Shown here one piece after another: positions 41,491 to 53,140 of a DNA stretch of 64,000 nucleotides. Every line of letters starts with the position of its first letter. Positions within the stretch are counted from its first letter, which is position 1. Source of the stretch: Paramoeba atlantica (taxonomy: Eukaryota > Protista > Discosea); contig CDRNVI010000053.1 of the NCBI GenBank assembly GCA_977017575.1, positions 682,001 through 746,000 on the forward strand, written 5' to 3'. Below the pieces are notes generated by a model that worked only from the letters and a program-made list of their open reading frames with translations, made no database searches and was not told where the DNA came from. Made by a program: the position numbers and the translations under genes.

Positions 41491-42224
41491 ATGCCATCGA
41501 AAATGTACCCCAAAATCGATTTTTTTGATTTTTTTATAGTTTTCATTCTATCATTCATTTCTTCACCCCAGATTCATATTCTGGTGCCTTTGCAACGTTT
41601 TTTCACCCATTTTTACATGCTTTCGCTTACCTAGTTTATCGTCAATACCTAAGTTCCGACGTCAAAAAAGTTTCTTTTTTCGGAATTTCTTCGGTTTCGC
41701 TCACTCTTACTTCGTTCTTAAGAACGAAGTACTGGTGTTTGCAGCAATTGCTTCAGTCTTCCCTCTGGGCAAGTGCATGTACTCGGTCTTCCGCCCTATG
41801 TTTCTCCTCGCACCATGTACTGACATATCCCTTCCTGTATATCCGTCTGAAACGTCGCTATCGTGCTTTTGAAAGAGAATAGAAGTACATTGTGCGATGA
41901 GAAACTGATCGACCATACGCAATCTACATAGAGGGAAAGCACGACTAAGTGCACTTGCCCTGATGGAAGGCGAGGCAATCACTGCAAGCACCAGTACTTC
42001 ATTCTTATGAACGAAGTAAGAGTGAACGAACCCGATGAAATTCCAAAAAAAATAGGCTTTTTTAACACCGGATGTTATGCTTTGAGGATAAACTTGGTAA
42101 GAAGAAGTACGTAAAAATCAGTGAAAAAACGTTGCAAGGGCACCCCAATATGAATCTGGGGTGAAGAATTGAAAACTATAAAAAACTTAAAAAAATCGAT
42201 TTTAGGGTACATTTTCGATGGCAT
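41491..42224. mobile_element. Fold-back element (734-bp imperfect palindrome)
   Basis: atgccatcgaaaatgtaccccaaaatcgatttttt ... aaaaaatcgattttagggtacattttcgatggcat. Complementarity continues inward, with gaps, to about 41820/41880. Confidence 0.8.
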
Positions 42225-42417
42225 CGAGCCGAATTTTATATTCCTAATAAATGGACATAACAATTTCTTATAAAACAAAATTTAATAGCTTTTTGAGACG
42301 CAATAGTAAAGTTTGTTGTATCAATTTGAAACGTTTTATAGATTATTGATGAAAACGTGTTCGTACTACGCGTACATTAATAGCAAGGGGTGTACAAAAA
42401 TATACTAGTTGTGTCGC

Positions 42418-43191
42418 ATGCTGAGAGGCATCACATCCTCGTGGCAGGAAGCACTGCATGTGATGAATCACATGCTCCCTCTTCCTCGCAGCCTCGCTTC
42501 CGGATTGCTTTCGAAAGATTTATATCATCTGACTACGCTTTTATTACAAGCTAAGAAATACGACCTCTTTGCTTCGTTCCGCCAGGAGTATTTATCTCGC
42601 GATGGGGATAAACTTAACAAGTACGATGCTCGCTTGGGTTGCCTTGAAATGATTCGAGCTAGTGGTGATGTTGGTCGCGCGTACCCCGAGGCGCTACAAA
42701 TCTTTGCAGAGATGACACTATGTGGACTTTCTATTGACAGTGGTATTTACGATATCCTTTTGCGCGCATGTCAGAGAAATCATCTTTGGGAAGTCTCTTG
42801 TGGCCTCTACGTCGATATTCTACATAGCGGAGACGTGCATAGGCCAAAGCATTTTTCCATCTTAGCTACCACGCTGAGTAAGGTAGGCAAATGGGAACTT
42901 GTTCTTCATGCGGTTTCTGAAAGTGCGAAGCAACGCATGGACCACCATTTGGATGATGTCTGTCTTGGACAAATTCTACAGTGTACTGCTAATTCACATT
43001 CTGGGTGGCGGCACGCGCTGATAGCTGTACTTCCATGGGTGTTAAAACGTTGTCAGAAACCAATGTCTATGGATTTTACCAAACTGATAACTTCAACTTC
43101 TCATGCACTACACAGCTTTGTGGATCCCCAAAAGATTCTTGAATTTGCCATAGAACAGACTACGCTTAATATGAATTCACAAGTTGATTAG
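42418..43191 (+). CDS. Pentatricopeptide-repeat (PPR)-like protein
   Basis: EALQIFAEMTLCGLSIDSGIYDILLRAC...WEVSCGLY and FSILATTLSKVGKWELVL. Confidence 0.75.
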   Translation: MLRGITSSWQEALHVMNHMLPLPRSLASGLLSKDLYHLTTLLLQAKKYDLFASFRQEYLSRDGDKLNKYDARLGCLEMIRASGDVGRAYPEALQIFAEMTLCGLSIDSGIYDILLRACQRNHLWEVSCGLYVDILHSGDVHRPKHFSILATTLSKVGKWELVLHAVSESAKQRMDHHLDDVCLGQILQCTANSHSGWRHALIAVLPWVLKRCQKPMSMDFTKLITSTSHALHSFVDPQKILEFAIEQTTLNMNSQVD

Positions 43192-43945
43192 GGAACTTTA
43201 CTGGGAACGTTCCTTGTGATATCTACATACAGCGACAAATGTTGTCCCTATTCTATACTATTTTCCCTTTCATAAATAATTACTAGTATAATTACTAGTA
43301 GCATCATAATTATTTATGAACGGGCGAGTAGCAGTTCCACATTTTTATGGGCCACACTGAGGCGTTTCTTGTTGGACCTTTTTTCTCAAAAAAAAACAGA
43401 TGTCGAAGGCTTGTTTCGGAGCGCTTGCGAAGGCTCATCTTTACAAGTTCAAAGATTCTGTGAGATTAAACTCTTAGTTTTCGAATACTGCTTACCCTTA
43501 CACTTCGTCAAAGTGTTACTCAAAGTCTTTGAGTAAGGAGTAAACTACTTTTATGGAATTAACTTAAGCTAAAGTTATTTAATTATCAGTTCTACCCTCT
43601 ACACCTGTATGCACCTTACACCTGCATCGCATCTTTACACTGTACTGGATACTTGAACTCAATACCCATTATTTAGTTACTCCAATAAAATTACCCCATC
43701 ATCGGAACAATGGGGTTGAAATTTACATTAACATTCTAGTATATTGTTACAGGGCATATTGTTATAGGGTCCGAGAAAACTCCTTCTCCACAATGATCTT
43801 TTGTTTTGTGGCCCCAAGTGCCTCAGTATGTAGCGTAGTACAAATCCTTTCTCCAATTTCTTATGTGTTTCTATTATATCTCTATTATGTTTTTCGAACA
43901 TTTGCTTAAATCGATTACTTACTTTCGTTATTAGATTCACGTATC

Positions 43946-44425
43946 ATGTATCAATCCCGGAAGAATACTAACATAAACAAGCACAAGTTTTATCATCCCG
44001 GAACAGCTCGAAATCAACAAAAGCTAGAAAATGCGGAGCACGATCAGCTTGAAAAACTTCGACATGATGCAGAGCGCCAAAATCATATTGAGAAAGAAAG
44101 GGCTGAAATACAATTGCTGGCAATTGTTGATCCTGAAGCTGCTAAGAAAAAAGAACTACAATGGATGTATGAAGATTGGTCGTTTTCAAAGTCTGCTGAC
44201 AATTCACTAGTATCCAACTCCTCTTTGCAAAAAAATACAACAAGCAATACTTCAAATACATCGCGCAGCACGACTTCTTCATTATCCATGCATTCTAATC
44301 GACGCGATTTAAAGCACTCTGAAGGAGGTGCACAACGTGACATTGATCGCAAAAGTAAATTGATGGAGGATCCAATGGCGCTGATTTACGCCATGCGGGA
44401 TCGTCAAACGTACGGCTCATTTTGA
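43946..44425 (+). CDS. CWC25/CIR1-like splicing factor (Cir_N domain)
   Basis: INKHKFYHPGTARNQQKLENAE...LQWMY, and EDPM near the C-terminus. Confidence 0.75.
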   Translation: MYQSRKNTNINKHKFYHPGTARNQQKLENAEHDQLEKLRHDAERQNHIEKERAEIQLLAIVDPEAAKKKELQWMYEDWSFSKSADNSLVSNSSLQKNTTSNTSNTSRSTTSSLSMHSNRRDLKHSEGGAQRDIDRKSKLMEDPMALIYAMRDRQTYGSF

Positions 44426-44612
44426 GGCTCACCTCACAAAATAACTTCTGCAAGTAATGTATTTTTTTGTCCTTTTACGAGGATAATACAGTATCAATAA
44501 TTATCGAGTCTTACCTACATACAAAGTAGTCCTGTAGTCTTTGCATAGTGTATTTTTATCATATATTTTTCAAACCTCAGTTTTAATAGGTGCATAGTAT
44601 GTGCACGGATCA

Positions 44613-46901
44613 ATGACTGACTCATTAGATCAAGCTAAGAAAGATGTACGCATACCTCAAATTTCGAAAGTTGAGCAGCAACTGAGTAGTAAAGCCCAGT
44701 GTTCTGCATCCAATAAGTCGGACGATGTAATAGGAGCACCCTGCAGTGACGGCGAGGATGAAGATGATTACGCCGCGTCTTTTCAAGAAATTCTTAACAA
44801 TTTGCGTCACGAAAGTCAGGAGGACGCGCTCTCCTCTAAAACAGCACAAGAAGAAAGATTTCCCCAATATTCCAATACTTTCGCGCCCTTGAGAGATGCA
44901 CGAGCTACAAAGCTACGTGAGCTAAATTGTTTAGATCACTCTAAAATTAAATATTTAGCAATACGGAAAGATATATACGTACCTTCGCCTGATATTTCAA
45001 CACTTTCTGATCAAGATGTTCGAGCGACACTAGAGGAGATGGATCATACTAAAATAAAAGGCACAAATCCACAGCGACCTATCGCTAAATGGTATCAATG
45101 TGGCTTTGACGAAACGATTACGCGCACCTTGGCTGATCTGGGGTACCAGGAGCCATTTCCTGTACAAAGAGCATGTATACCATGTCTACTTTCGGGTCGT
45201 GATTTGATGTGCCTGGCCCAGACGGGAAGCGGTAAGACACTCGCATACTGTCTTCCTATGTTACGACACGTTCGTACGCAACCTCCCCTTGAATTGCACG
45301 AAGGGCCGATCGCACTGATTTTGGTTTGTACCCGTGAACTTGCACAACAAATAGGTAAATGTCTAGAGTCTTTCTGCGTTGCCTTGAAATTCAAGTTATG
45401 CGTCACCTTTGGTGGAGAAAGTGTTTCAAAAGATATCTCTAGTGTACGAGAGGGATGTCATATTATAGTGTGCACTCCTGGGCGCCTTATGGAATTGCTA
45501 GTTGCCAATCGTGGAAAGGTTCTTAGCCTGCGACGCACCTCATTCGTCGTTTTGGATGAAGCTGATCGGCTTTTTGATGAAGGCTTTGGTATTCAAATAA
45601 GAAAAATTTTTGATAGCGTTCGTCCCGATCGTCAGTGTGCCATGTTTTCTGCTACAATGCCGAGTTTTATTCAACGTGCTGCAAAGCGCTTTCTTATGGA
45701 TCCGTTATGGGTTTCTGTAGGATCTCGCATTAGTGTTTCGAAAAATGTTATTCAGGCTGTGGAATGTTTTGAGAAAGATGAAGAACGATTTCTCCGTCTT
45801 TTGGAATTACTAGGCGATCATGTAAATAAAAATTGTCTAGTTCTTGTTTTTGTTGAAAGAAAGTCCCATGTAGAAGATCTGCATCTTCATTTACAAAAAT
45901 TTGGATATGATTGTGCTAGTTTACATTCTGGAATGGACTCCGTGGATCGAAAAATATCTTTACAAGATTTTAACCGCACCGGTGATCGTTTTGCTAAAGC
46001 GGTTCTAATTGCAACTGGTGTTGCGGCACGTGGACTTGATTTATTAAATTTAGATCTCGTAATTAACTACACAACGCCTCCCTGCTTGGAAGAATATATT
46101 CATCGGGTAGGACGCACAGGACGAGCGGGTAAGAAGGGAAATGCAGTAACTTTTCTGCTGCACTCCGACGATGCGAAACATGCTATTTACCTGCAACAAG
46201 CATTGCGTTCCAGCGATCACAATGTGCCTGAATGGCTTGAAGCGATGGCTGCGGAGGAATACGCCAAAGTCCATCCTGATTCCAAGGGTGTGGTAGTCTG
46301 GAATCCCATCGATTCGCAGTCACATTATGGAGGCCGGGGATACAAGTTTGATGCAAAAGAATCTCGGAAAGACCGAAAACGGAAACGAATGGAGCAAAAG
46401 GAGCTTATGACTTCGATTGGTCTTGATGAGTCTTCAGACTCTGAAGTTTACACGTCTGATGAAAAGGATGCAGATAAAACGGATTGGGACTCTACAACGG
46501 ATTCTGTAGTTCAAGGAGTCATAGCACGGACCGGTCGAGAGGTTGCTCTTACCACGGGAGATGCTAAAAGCCGAGCTCTCGCCGTGATTAGCGCCTTAAA
46601 CGAGATGAGGGCGCAGGAAGAAGCCATGGCTGCCAAAGGTATATTTTTTGCTTCTGTTGATTTAAATGAGTGTAGTTCTCGAATTCGACGCAAAGCTACA
46701 TCCCGACAAGCCTTTGCGGATATTCAAGAAAGGACAACGACAACTATCACCGTACGTGGCGAGTACATGCCTCCCAGTCGACGTCGGTCGGCAGGCAGGG
46801 AGCCTTTGCACCTCCGCATTGAGGGATCTTCGAAGGATGAAGTCCAAAATGCTGCACGCCAAATAAAAGGTTGGATGCTAGAGAACGAAGATCTCTGGTA
46901 A
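44613..46901 (+). CDS. PRP5: Prp5/DDX46-like DEAD-box RNA helicase
   Basis: PFPVQ, AQTGSGKT, TRELA, TPGRL, LDEADR, FSAT, ARGLD, HRVGRTGR; C-terminal KH-like TITVRGEY..P...EPLHLRIEG. Confidence 0.88.
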   Translation: MTDSLDQAKKDVRIPQISKVEQQLSSKAQCSASNKSDDVIGAPCSDGEDEDDYAASFQEILNNLRHESQEDALSSKTAQEERFPQYSNTFAPLRDARATKLRELNCLDHSKIKYLAIRKDIYVPSPDISTLSDQDVRATLEEMDHTKIKGTNPQRPIAKWYQCGFDETITRTLADLGYQEPFPVQRACIPCLLSGRDLMCLAQTGSGKTLAYCLPMLRHVRTQPPLELHEGPIALILVCTRELAQQIGKCLESFCVALKFKLCVTFGGESVSKDISSVREGCHIIVCTPGRLMELLVANRGKVLSLRRTSFVVLDEADRLFDEGFGIQIRKIFDSVRPDRQCAMFSATMPSFIQRAAKRFLMDPLWVSVGSRISVSKNVIQAVECFEKDEERFLRLLELLGDHVNKNCLVLVFVERKSHVEDLHLHLQKFGYDCASLHSGMDSVDRKISLQDFNRTGDRFAKAVLIATGVAARGLDLLNLDLVINYTTPPCLEEYIHRVGRTGRAGKKGNAVTFLLHSDDAKHAIYLQQALRSSDHNVPEWLEAMAAEEYAKVHPDSKGVVVWNPIDSQSHYGGRGYKFDAKESRKDRKRKRMEQKELMTSIGLDESSDSEVYTSDEKDADKTDWDSTTDSVVQGVIARTGREVALTTGDAKSRALAVISALNEMRAQEEAMAAKGIFFASVDLNECSSRIRRKATSRQAFADIQERTTTTITVRGEYMPPSRRRSAGREPLHLRIEGSSKDEVQNAARQIKGWMLENEDLW

Positions 46902-47264
46902 TTTTCTTAAGCATATTAATAATTCTTTTATTGCTATTCTTTGCAATGAAACACGATAATTTAGTTGCATCTTCGTTTGTATCTTCACCTCACCCAGTGC
47001 CGTGCAAAGTGGCACTCTCTGAGTCTTGTTTCTGTCATTACATATGTTACCTTACACATTGCCTCTTTTTTTGGTATCAGCGATATCATGTAATCTCGTG
47101 TATCTTATACTTTGTCTTTTTCATTTATCCAACTTTTACAAGTATCTAGAAAATTGATTGACACACGATCGATACAGGGTACAAGAACTGACATGGCTAT
47201 CACTTTCTAAAAATAAACTAAGTAACAGTAATCAGAACTTTTTACTTGTTCAAGCACTCCATTT

Positions 47265-50200
47265 ATGTCGTGCATACCCCTTGAGATAGAACAGGTGGGT
47301 TTCAGCGTTCTAGGCTCCAATGATTATCATCAATTGGCTATAGTTCAGTGTCAAGATCCCTTGTCACGATCCCAGGGAATCACTGTCATGCACCCGGCAC
47401 TGGGGCCATTGAATAAGTCGGATAGTTGCTATACATGTGACAATGCTTTAGTCGATTGTTTCGGCCACTATGGTGTTATTCGGTTACAGATGCCTGTTTT
47501 CAACGTTGGGTTCTTGACGTATATTATCCGTTTACTGCATGTTCTTTGCAAATCTTGTGGACGCCTTTTGTTAATACAAGAGCGTATTCGCCATTTCGCG
47601 CATCGCTTTAGCAACTCTCGAGGACTCGAATTTTCCCAACGCAAAGGCTTACTCTTGCAAGTACTTTCGGAGGCTCGAAAGACCCAGCTCTGTCCACATT
47701 GCAAGGCTTGGAACGGTCGCGTCTTCAAAGCTAAAGGCATGGCTTTTAAACTCGTGCATGAGCCCTTTGTTAAACCAGGACGAAGGGTTCGGGTCGAATT
47801 ACGGCATGATTTTGAGTTAAATTTTGCACAAGCAGCAAAGATGAATCCTCGCATAGGTCCACATCTCAAAAACGCGCAACAAGATCTCACGCCTGATGTT
47901 GTGCTAGAATTGTTTCAGAAAACTTCTATGGAAGACTGCATTGCTTTAGACATGGCTGGACCTCACATACTGCAAAATCTTATTTTGCAAGATGTCCACG
48001 TCCCCCCAAGTTGCGTGCGCCCGGCACCTCCTCCCAACAATGCAGGAATAATTAGGCAAGACGATTTGACGACCGCGTTGAATGACATAATAGGTTGGTC
48101 AGACGAGATGAAAAAGCATCTTTTGGCAGGAGGAACCTCCCAGCGATTTTTAGAGCTTTGGGATAATCTCCAAGTGAACGTTGCCCGATACATTGACGAT
48201 TCGCTTCCTCACTTTCCAAAGAATCTCCGAGACAAGGGACCTGGTCCACTATTGTCTCTTGTGTCACGTATAAAAGGTAAAGCTGGAAGATTTCGTCGCA
48301 CATTAAGTGGAAAGCGAGTTAATTTTTCAGGGCGCTCTGTTATTTCTCCAGATCCCAATCTTGATATTGCTGAACTAGCTGTTCCACTCCAAGTAGCAAA
48401 AATTTTAACGTACCCTCAACGCGTGTATTCCCAGAATATTGAAATACTTCGAAAGCTTGTAAGACGCGGTCCTGATATGTATCCCGGCGCTAACTTTGTA
48501 TATTTCAAGTCCCGTGGAGAAAAAAGGGACTTGCGTTCTATTCGTACAGACAAAACTTTCGTAGCTCAGTGTCTGCAAGAAGGTGACATCGTAGAACGTC
48601 ACCTTTTGGATGGCGACGCCGTGATTTTTAATCGCCAGCCTTCTTTGCATCGACTTTCCATGCTTGCACATCGTGCCCGTGTTTTACCTCAGCGGACACT
48701 TCGCTTCAATGAATGTGTATGTCTTCCATATAATGCCGACTTTGACGGAGATGAAATGAACATTCATCTTCCTCAAACAGAGGAAGCTCGAGTGGAGTCG
48801 CTCGAATTAATGATTTCCAACAAGAATCTTATTAACGCTAGAAATGGTTCTCCAGTAATTGCTGCTATGCAAGATTTTTTGACAGGATCATATCTTTTGA
48901 CTCGGAAAAACGTTTTCATGGATCGCGGTACATTTGCACAAAATCAAACTCATATGCTCGAAAGCAACGCACAGTATCTGCGCCATCCGGTGATTTGCAA
49001 ACCAATGGAATTGTGGACAGGAAAACAGCTTTTTGAATCACTAATTTGTCCTGATCCTTCTGCACAAGCTTTATCATTGAGTTTTCGCTCCACTACACGA
49101 TTCTTTTCGAATATTGAACGGGAAATGTGTCTAAAGGAAGGATTTGTTTCGTTTCTTGGAAATGAAATGATTTCTGGTTCTATGGATAAGAGTATTCTTG
49201 GTAGTGGCGATCGATCAAAGGATTCTTTGTTTTTTGCACTTCAACAAATTTGTGGATCTGAGTACGCCAGCAAATGCATGGGTCGTCTTTGTCGCCTTAC
49301 TTCTCGTTGGTTAACAAATATTGGATTCAGCATAGGTATCGAGGACGTCTGTCCAGCACCTGAATTGTTACGAACAGCTTCTCTAATCATAAAAGGCGGA
49401 TACCAAAGAGCTGACGGGCTAATTAACACATTTCAAAGTGGTATTCTCCTTTCAGATCCTGGTTGCACAGTTGAAGATACTGTAGAAAGCCGACTTACTA
49501 GAGTATGGAGCGATGTCAGAGAAAGTTGCGGAAAATTGTGCAAAGACTCTTTGTTATCTACAAATCCCGCGCTTGTTATGGCTGAATGTGGAAGTAAAGG
49601 GAGTATTCTTAATATTTCTCAGATGGTTGTGTGCGTCGGACAACAAATTGTGCAGGAAAAGCGTATTCAAAATTTTTTTCAAGATAGATCTACACCTCAC
49701 TTCCCAAAATATACACGCAGTGCCGAAGCTAGGGGATTCGTTCAGAATAGCTTTTGCACTGGATTAACACCAACGGAATTTGTTTTTCACACTATGGCAG
49801 GTCGGGAAGGCCTTGTACAGAGCGCTGTAAAAACAGCTCAAACGGGCTATCTTGGTCGCAGGATAATGAAAGTCTTGGAAGACCTAGTAGTTGAATACGA
49901 TGGAAGTGTGCGTAACGCTGCAGGCATGATAATTCAGTTTCAATACGGTGAAGATGGCCAAGATCCAATGGACATGGAGACGGGAATTTTTTCCGTCAAT
50001 TTTCGAGCGTTATGGATACAACTTCAGGCTCAAGCACCTTCGAATATATCTTCCCACTCTTCATGTCTCACGCCAGGTGAAATGAAGAAGTTTTTTGATT
50101 CCACGTTGCAGGATGACATTAATAAAAGGTGTGGCGCACATTTTCGAAACGCTCTTTTTGAATTTTTCAACACAAAAGTGGACGAATTAGTTCGTTTCAG

Positions 50201-51458
50201 AACCTCTATTGGGCTCCCTGGTGAAGTTCGTGGCCACACGAAACAAGACATGGAAAAAGAGCTTCTCATACCTAGTGACTTGTTTGTTACTGACGACATT
50301 GTTCAGCACTTTTTTGCTACCTGTGTTCAGAGATATTTTCGTAAAGTATGTCAGCCGGGTACGCCATGCGGCGTTATTGCTGCTCAAAGTTTATCCGAGC
50401 CCACCACGCAGATGACATTGCGTACATTTCACTTTGCCGGAGTGGCTGGGATGAGCGTAACACAAGGGGTTCCACGAATAGAGGAAATTATGGACGCAAG
50501 AAAAAAGATTTCGACACCTATAGTAACGGTTCACCTTGAAAATTCAAGTAGCGAAATTGCTGCACGTATTTTAAAGGGTCGTATTGAGCGCACAACGCTG
50601 CGTGATATTCTGCTCCGAGTACAGACAGTGATCACTCCCCACGATGTTTTCCTAAGCTTAACTTTATGTTTAGACACCATCTCAAAGCTTCAGCTAGGAA
50701 TAAACGCTACAGACGTGGCACGAAGCCTTGTGCAATCTTCAAAAACTTTAAGACTGCAACTCAGTACCTCTCACATTCGAGTAATGAGTCGAGACACATT
50801 ACATGTTAAGCCAGTAAATTTAGATCGAGAACAATTATTGTACAATCTTGATCACATCCGACACAAACTTGGAGACGTGATTGTTGCTGGACTGTCAACC
50901 TGCTCCCGTGCTGTAATTAGTAATGTTTCTAAAACGGTCGATAAACCTTGCTACACGTTAATGGTAGAAACAAGCGATTTACTTCATTTAATGGGGATTA
51001 GTGGAGTCTGTTTTGAAAGGACAACTTCGAATCATATCACGAACGTGGAATCCGTGTTAGGCATAGAAGCCGCCCGACGAAAAATTATCGAAGAAATCGC
51101 GGCCGTAATGAATGTCTACGGTCTTACTATTGATCCTCGTCATACAATGTTGCTTGCCGACGCTATGACTGCTCGAGGACGTGTTCTCGGAACGACGAAT
51201 GTAGGAATGACAAAAGATCGAGACAGCGTTTTGAAGCTCGCATCTTTTGAGCGCACCCAGGAACATTTGTTCCAGGCTGCTCTACATGATCGTGTGGACA
51301 AATACATGGGTGTCTCGGAAAGTATTATTTTGGGAAGACCTCCTCGTGTTGGTACGAACATGTGTTCTATCCTCTATGACTCGCGTCCCCTGGTTCCGTG
51401 TCAGTGTTCAGATTCAACAGTGCTTCGCCCAGTTGTAGTTAGGAATTACCCTGCATAG
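47265..51458 (+). CDS. RPC1: RNA polymerase III largest subunit
   Basis: GRFRRTLSGKRVNFS, FNRQPSLH, YNADFDGDEMN, GFSIGIEDV, TQMTLRTFHFAG, GVPRIEEI, DSVLKLASFE; no C-terminal extension. Confidence 0.92.
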   Translation: MSCIPLEIEQVGFSVLGSNDYHQLAIVQCQDPLSRSQGITVMHPALGPLNKSDSCYTCDNALVDCFGHYGVIRLQMPVFNVGFLTYIIRLLHVLCKSCGRLLLIQERIRHFAHRFSNSRGLEFSQRKGLLLQVLSEARKTQLCPHCKAWNGRVFKAKGMAFKLVHEPFVKPGRRVRVELRHDFELNFAQAAKMNPRIGPHLKNAQQDLTPDVVLELFQKTSMEDCIALDMAGPHILQNLILQDVHVPPSCVRPAPPPNNAGIIRQDDLTTALNDIIGWSDEMKKHLLAGGTSQRFLELWDNLQVNVARYIDDSLPHFPKNLRDKGPGPLLSLVSRIKGKAGRFRRTLSGKRVNFSGRSVISPDPNLDIAELAVPLQVAKILTYPQRVYSQNIEILRKLVRRGPDMYPGANFVYFKSRGEKRDLRSIRTDKTFVAQCLQEGDIVERHLLDGDAVIFNRQPSLHRLSMLAHRARVLPQRTLRFNECVCLPYNADFDGDEMNIHLPQTEEARVESLELMISNKNLINARNGSPVIAAMQDFLTGSYLLTRKNVFMDRGTFAQNQTHMLESNAQYLRHPVICKPMELWTGKQLFESLICPDPSAQALSLSFRSTTRFFSNIEREMCLKEGFVSFLGNEMISGSMDKSILGSGDRSKDSLFFALQQICGSEYASKCMGRLCRLTSRWLTNIGFSIGIEDVCPAPELLRTASLIIKGGYQRADGLINTFQSGILLSDPGCTVEDTVESRLTRVWSDVRESCGKLCKDSLLSTNPALVMAECGSKGSILNISQMVVCVGQQIVQEKRIQNFFQDRSTPHFPKYTRSAEARGFVQNSFCTGLTPTEFVFHTMAGREGLVQSAVKTAQTGYLGRRIMKVLEDLVVEYDGSVRNAAGMIIQFQYGEDGQDPMDMETGIFSVNFRALWIQLQAQAPSNISSHSSCLTPGEMKKFFDSTLQDDINKRCGAHFRNALFEFFNTKVDELVRFRTSIGLPGEVRGHTKQDMEKELLIPSDLFVTDDIVQHFFATCVQRYFRKVCQPGTPCGVIAAQSLSEPTTQMTLRTFHFAGVAGMSVTQGVPRIEEIMDARKKISTPIVTVHLENSSSEIAARILKGRIERTTLRDILLRVQTVITPHDVFLSLTLCLDTISKLQLGINATDVARSLVQSSKTLRLQLSTSHIRVMSRDTLHVKPVNLDREQLLYNLDHIRHKLGDVIVAGLSTCSRAVISNVSKTVDKPCYTLMVETSDLLHLMGISGVCFERTTSNHITNVESVLGIEAARRKIIEEIAAVMNVYGLTIDPRHTMLLADAMTARGRVLGTTNVGMTKDRDSVLKLASFERTQEHLFQAALHDRVDKYMGVSESIILGRPPRVGTNMCSILYDSRPLVPCQCSDSTVLRPVVVRNYPA

Positions 51459-51578
51459 ATGATAGATTAATTCGAAGCTTTTGTTTCACGATAGCAATCT
51501 AAATATTCTAAACTAGTCACATCTTATTGAATTTAAAAAATGGCATTGTTGTATGGCATCTTAATACCGTCAAAGTAC

Positions 51579-52080
51579 TTATTAACGGAATAAAAATCAT
51601 TGGAACAATAATTAACGGAATAATTATTCATTTTTAGATTTTTACCAAACTCTTCCCAAAAATTTTAGTCGGTTGTCGGTCTGTTCATCAACAAAATTCA
51701 AAATATTTCTCTCCAGAAGAAAAAATACGACGTCACCGCGAAAGGACGAATCGATTACGACGTATCAGCAGAAGTTACAAGATAGATGTATTGAAAGGTT
51801 TCATCCAACCAAATCACTTTACTGATATTGACTAAGGTTTTGATATCTTTAAAAACGTTTAGTATGTTTTCATATCATGTTTACTTGGGTTTTTTCCGCT
51901 CATTCTTAAGGTTGGTCTTGTTTTTCCCTCATGTAAACATACGTAATCGGATTTCTTAATATGTTTTCTTCTCATTAATTTTTTCTCTTGACGCTAAAAT
52001 TTTGTTACGAATTTCGTAAAAATCATTGGAATAGTAATTAACGGAATAATTTCCTCCCAAAAAAAATTCCGTTAATTATT
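51579..52080. repeat. AT-rich segment bounded by direct and inverted attaacggaat repeats (possible degraded MITE)
   Basis: aataattaacggaat (51607-51621) is inverted at 52066-52080. aaaatcattggaa.a.taattaacggaataatt recurs directly at about 51593 and 52019. Confidence 0.5.
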
Positions 52081-52092
52081 ATTATTGTTATT

Positions 52093-53140
52093 AATTGCGG
52101 TGGTTGTAAAACTACCGCTCTACACTCGATTATTGAAAAAAAAAGTGAACAAAAACAGTGAAAATATAAAGGGGAACACAGTAATATAATAGAAGAAAAA
52201 AATATAAAAGGGGGCTCCGGTGGTCCAAAACTGAAAAACAAAATTGAAAAAAATTGCGGTGGTTGTAAAACTACCGCTCTACACTCGATTATTGAAAAAA
52301 AAGTGAACAAAAACAGTGAAAATATAAAGGGGAACACAGTAATATAATAGAAGAAAAAAATATAAAAGGGGGCTCCGGTGGACCAAAACTGAAAAAAAGA
52401 ATTGATAAAAATGGGGGGTCCATGGGGGGGTCCAGGGGGTCATGGTCGAGCAAATTTTTTCGAAAAAATTAGTTTTCGAAAAAAAACCGCAGAAAGGGTA
52501 GCCGGGGTCTCGGCGCGCATTTTCCACCCCCCTACCCGGGGGTGACCCCCCCGCGTATCCGCAGGACGGGTCCGCCAAGTTCGGATTTTTTCGGAAAAAA
52601 TTTTTTGAAAAAAAATTCAACTTGGCGAAAAAAATGACAAAAAAAATATTTTTCCAAAATCGTTTCCCCTATTGTATTTTGATAGTTTGGGACCTACACT
52701 AGCTTTCTCCGCAGTTGTTTTCGCAAGGTATCACTTCTTCGAACCGTGGTGCGCCCCTCAAAATGACCCATGTTTGACTAAAAAAGGTGAAAAAGTATTT
52801 TTCGGACCTAAAGGGGCATTTTTGTGTCGAAAGAATGGTATGGTTGGAGTCGCATTCTCTACCCAATACGTTCGGTAGGCTTTGATTCATGCCTACGAGT
52901 GATTTCCCACGCGCAAATGTCGGATTTAGTGCTCTGACAGCAAAAATACGCGAAAATCACCCCATTTTTACCCGAAATTCGGCTATTTTTGGCTATAATC
53001 TTTCCGTTTTCCAGGCTAAATTTTCTTTTTTAGGCTCTTCGTTAAACGCGGCGGTAGTTTTCAACGCGAAGCGCGCAGCATGAGTGACTTCAAAGTTGAA
53101 AACAACCACCGCGTTTAACGAAGAGCCTAAAAAAGAAATT
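52093..53140 (-). mobile_element. Helentron/DINE-like element, copy 4, with a tandemly duplicated 3' end
   Basis: Near-identical reverse complement of 10096-11016; the terminal about 159 bp occurs twice (aattgcggtggttgtaaaactaccgc at 52093 and 52252). Confidence 0.75.
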
